Origin: Mizuhopecten yessoensis
Taxonomy: Eukaryota
Length of the DNA: 64,000 nucleotides
NCBI RefSeq assembly: GCF_002113885.1
Contig: NW_018404995.1
Span: forward strand, 198,835-262,834
Direction: 5' to 3'
The notes beneath the pieces were generated by a model. It had not been told where the DNA came from and did no database searches. It was given only the letters and a program-made list of their open reading frames with translations. Below, in pieces: positions 60,084-64,000 of the stretch (position 1 is the first letter of the stretch; each line of letters opens with the position of its first letter). The position numbers were made by a program, and so were the translations under genes.

Positions 60084-63000
60084 ACAGACACAAGAAATAC
60101 CTGTGGACGAACCTCACTATGACGGACACAAGAAATACCTGTGAACGAACCTCACTCTGACAGACACAAGAAATACCTGTGGACTAACCTCACTTTGACA
60201 GACACAAGAAATACCTGTGGACGAAACCTTACTATGACGGACACAAGAAATACCTGTGGACTAAACCTCACTATGACAGACACAAGAAATACCTGTGGAC
60301 TAACCTCACTTTGACAGACACAAGAAATACTTGTGGACGAACCCCACTATGACCGACACAAGAACTACCTGTGGACGAACCTCACTATGACGGATACAAG
60401 AAATACCTGTGGACAAACCTCACTATGACAGACATAAGAAATACCTATGGACTAACCTCACTATGACGGACACAAGAAATACCTGTGGACAAACCTCAGT
60501 ATGACAGACACAAGAAATACCTGTGGGCTAACCGCACTATGACAAACACAAGAAATACCTGTGGGCTAACCTCACTATGACAGACACAAGAAATACCAAA
60601 GGACAAACCTCACTATGACAGACACAAGAAATACCTGTGGACTAACCTCACTATGACAGACACAAGAAATACCAGTGGACGAACCTCACTATGACGGACA
60701 TAAGAAATACCTGTGGGCTAACATCACCATGACAGACACAAGAAATACGAGTGGACGAACCTCACTATGACCGACACAAGAAATACCTGTGGACTATCAT
60801 TATTATGACGGACACAAGAAATACCTGTGGACGAACCTCACTATGACAGAAACAAGAAATACCTGTGAACTAACCTCACTATGACGGACACAAAAAGTAC
60901 CTGTGGACTAACCTCACTATGACCGATACAAGAAATACCTGTGGACGAACCTCACTGTGACGGACATAAGAAATACTTGTGGACTAACCTCACTATGACG
61001 GACACAAGAAATACCTGTGGACGAACCTCACTATGACAGACACAAGAAATACTTGTGGACTAACCTCACTATGACGGACACAAGAAGTACCTGTGGACGA
61101 ACCTCACTATGACAGACACAAGAAATACCTGTGAACTAACCTCACTATGAAGGACACAAGAAGTACCTGTGGACTAACCTCACTATGACCAATACAAGAA
61201 ATACCTGTGGACGAACCTCACTATGACGGACATAAGAAATACTTGTGGACTAACCTCACTATGACGGACACAAGAAATACCTGTGGACTAACCTCACTAT
61301 GACGGACACAAGAAATACCTGTGGACGAACCTCACTATGACAGACACAAGAAATACCTGTGAACTAACCTCACTATGACCGATACAAGAAATACTTGAGG
61401 ACAAATCTCACTATGACAGACACAAGAAATACCTGTGGACGAACCTCACTATGACCGATACAAGAAATACTTGAGGACGAACCTCACTATGATAGACACA
61501 AGAAATACCTGTGGACTAATATCATTATGACAGACACAAGAAATACCTGTGGACGAACCTCACTATGACAGAAACAAGAAATACCTGTGAACTAACCTCA
61601 CTATGACGGACACAAGCAATACCTGTGGACTAACCTCACTATGACCGATACAAGAAATACCTGTGGACGAACCTCACTATGACAGATACAAGAAATACTT
61701 GAGGACGAACCTCACTATGACAGACACAAGAACTACCTGTGGACGAACCTCACTATGACAGACACAAGAAATACTTGTGGACTAACCTCACTATGACGGA
61801 CACAAGAAATACCTGTGGACAAACCTCACCATGACAGACATAAGAAATACCAGTGGACGAACCTCACTATGACAGACACAAGAAATACCTGTGGACTAAC
61901 ATCACTATGACGGACACAAGAAATGCCTGGGGACGAACCTCACTATGACAGACACAAGAAATACTTGTGGACTAACCTCACTATGACGGACACAAGAAAT
62001 ACCTGGGGACGAACCTCACTATGATAGACACAAGAAATACCTGTGAACTAACCTCACTATGACGGACACAAGAAATACCTTTGGACTAACCTCACTATGA
62101 CCGATACAAGAAATACTTGAGGACGAACCTCACTATGACGGACACAAGAACTACCTGTGGACTAACATCACTATGACAGACACAAGAAATACCTGTGGAC
62201 AAACCTCACTATGACAGATACAAGAACTACCTGTGGACTAACCTCACTATGACGGACACAAGAAATACTTGAGGACGAACCTCACTATGACAGACACAAG
62301 AACTACCTGTGGACGAACCTCACTATGACGAACACAAGAACTACCTGTGGACTAACATCACTATAACAGACACAAGAACTACCTGTGGACTAACCTCACT
62401 ATGACAGACACAAGAAGTACCTGTGGACAAACCTCACTATGACAGATACAAGAACTACCTGTGGACTAACCTCACTATGACGGACACAAGAAAATATCTG
62501 TGGACTAACCTCACTATGACGGTTACTCACTTTGACAGACACAAGAAATACCTGTGGACGAACCTCACTATGGCAGACACAAGAAATACCTGTGGACAAA
62601 CCTCACTATGATGGACACAAGAAATACCTGTGGACTAACCTCACTATGACAGACACAAGAAATACCTGTGGACAAACCTCACTATGATGGACACAAGAAA
62701 TACCTGTGGACTAACCTCACTATGACGGTTAAAAGAAATACCTATTGACGAACCTCACTATGACAGACACAAGAAATACCTTAGGACTAACATCACTATG
62801 ACGGACACAAGAAATACCGGTGGACGAACCTCACTATGACGGTCAAAAGAAATACCTGTGAACGAACCTCACTATGACAGACACAAGAAATGCCAGTGGA
62901 CGAACCTCACCATGACAGAAACAAGAAATACCTGTGGACAAACCTCACTATGACGGACACAAGAAATACCTGTTGACGAACCTCACTATGACGGACACAA

Positions 63001-63140
63001 GAAATATCTGTGGACGAACCTCACTATGACGGACACAAGAAATACTTGTGGACGAACCTCACTATGACGGACACAAGAAATACCTGTGGACAAACCTCAC
63101 TATGACGCACACAAGAAATACTAGTGGACGAACCTCACTA
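60084..63140. repeat. 38-bp minisatellite, ~80 copies, preceded by (AT)n
   Basis: Unit gacagacacaagaaatacctgtggacgaacctcactat. Confidence 0.95.
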
Positions 63141-64000
63141 ATTAGTTATGACCATAGGGTATATCGGATTTTATTGCCGCCGTACACTATGGACACGTGA
63201 TACGGAGGCTACTGCCGATACGACCGCTCTTGTAGGAATCGTCGAAAGGCTACGTCACAACAACACGACATTAGTTAATGTATCACTATATAGTGATGGT
63301 ATACCACTTTTAAGTGATGGTATACCACTATAAAGTGATAAATACGTACGTGTATATCGGGTCATAGAGGGAATTATTCATTAAATTATAATTAAATGAG
63401 TGTTTGGTGCAATACCATTTTTTAAAGGTTTTCTTTTGTGTGAAAAAACGATTTCGCAATCAACAAAAATCTGTTGATTTTAAAAGTAATCGTGAATTCT
63501 TCTTTTATTCTATAATAGTTTAGTTTTTTAACTAATTATCACTAGACATTTTGAAGAATAATAGATTAAGACAAATATGGTAAAGGGCATGTGCTCGTAA
63601 TTGAAAGACAACTAAAAATGATATTCTAAAAGTAAGTTTCGGTTACACTAATAAAAATAAACTGAATCCTTTTTCTACTACGGGTAAGATTTCGTACTTT
63701 TTTAATCACATCGGCGAGTCGGCGGACGTATACTCACAACATAATTACCTTGATGGAGTAAGTTCTAGAACTCCATAAAGTTTTGAGAAAACGGGGATAG
63801 AAATAATAAATTATAATGATACTATGGAGAAGCTACTATGAACCAATCATACTGACGACATTGACATTTTGCTGACATCAAAAATCTTTCAAAAACCAAC
63901 AACAGTAACAACATGATATTTGGTGACGATGGGTATGGAAGGAGCGAAAAGCATAATAGTCAGTTGGACTGATTTTCAGCATTGAACGAACTCGATCCTT

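Noticed and set aside
60084-63140. CRISPR-like array (also considered for the 34-, 35- and 39-bp repeats)
   Set aside because: Units are head-to-tail with no unique spacers, there are no cas genes, and the context is eukaryotic.

Overview
AT-rich, intron-rich animal genomic DNA. The repeat repertoire (V-SINE, HINE/Helentron-like elements, CR1/L2 LINEs) suggests a mollusc, probably a bivalve (inference). Five protein-coding genes could be rebuilt by hand with consistent GT-AG phases: an intronless folate-receptor/riboflavin-binding-family gene (-), TMEM220 (+, 6 coding exons), USP22 (-, 13 exons), DHRS7B (+, 6 coding exons) and TMEM11 (-, 2 exons). USP22-DHRS7B-TMEM11 have the same order and orientation as the human 17p11.2 trio. 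The rest is degenerate LINEs, SINEs, MITEs, nested DNA transposons, minisatellites and one 826-nt N gap. The most striking signal is that three of the four spliced genes carry a tandem array built from one of their own exon-intron junctions. These are ~70 copies of a 3' splice site plus exon start in TMEM220, 14 copies of an exon end plus 5' splice site in USP22, and ~100 degenerate donor copies in DHRS7B. In each case only the terminal copy gives a full-length protein, and the other copies lead to premature stops.
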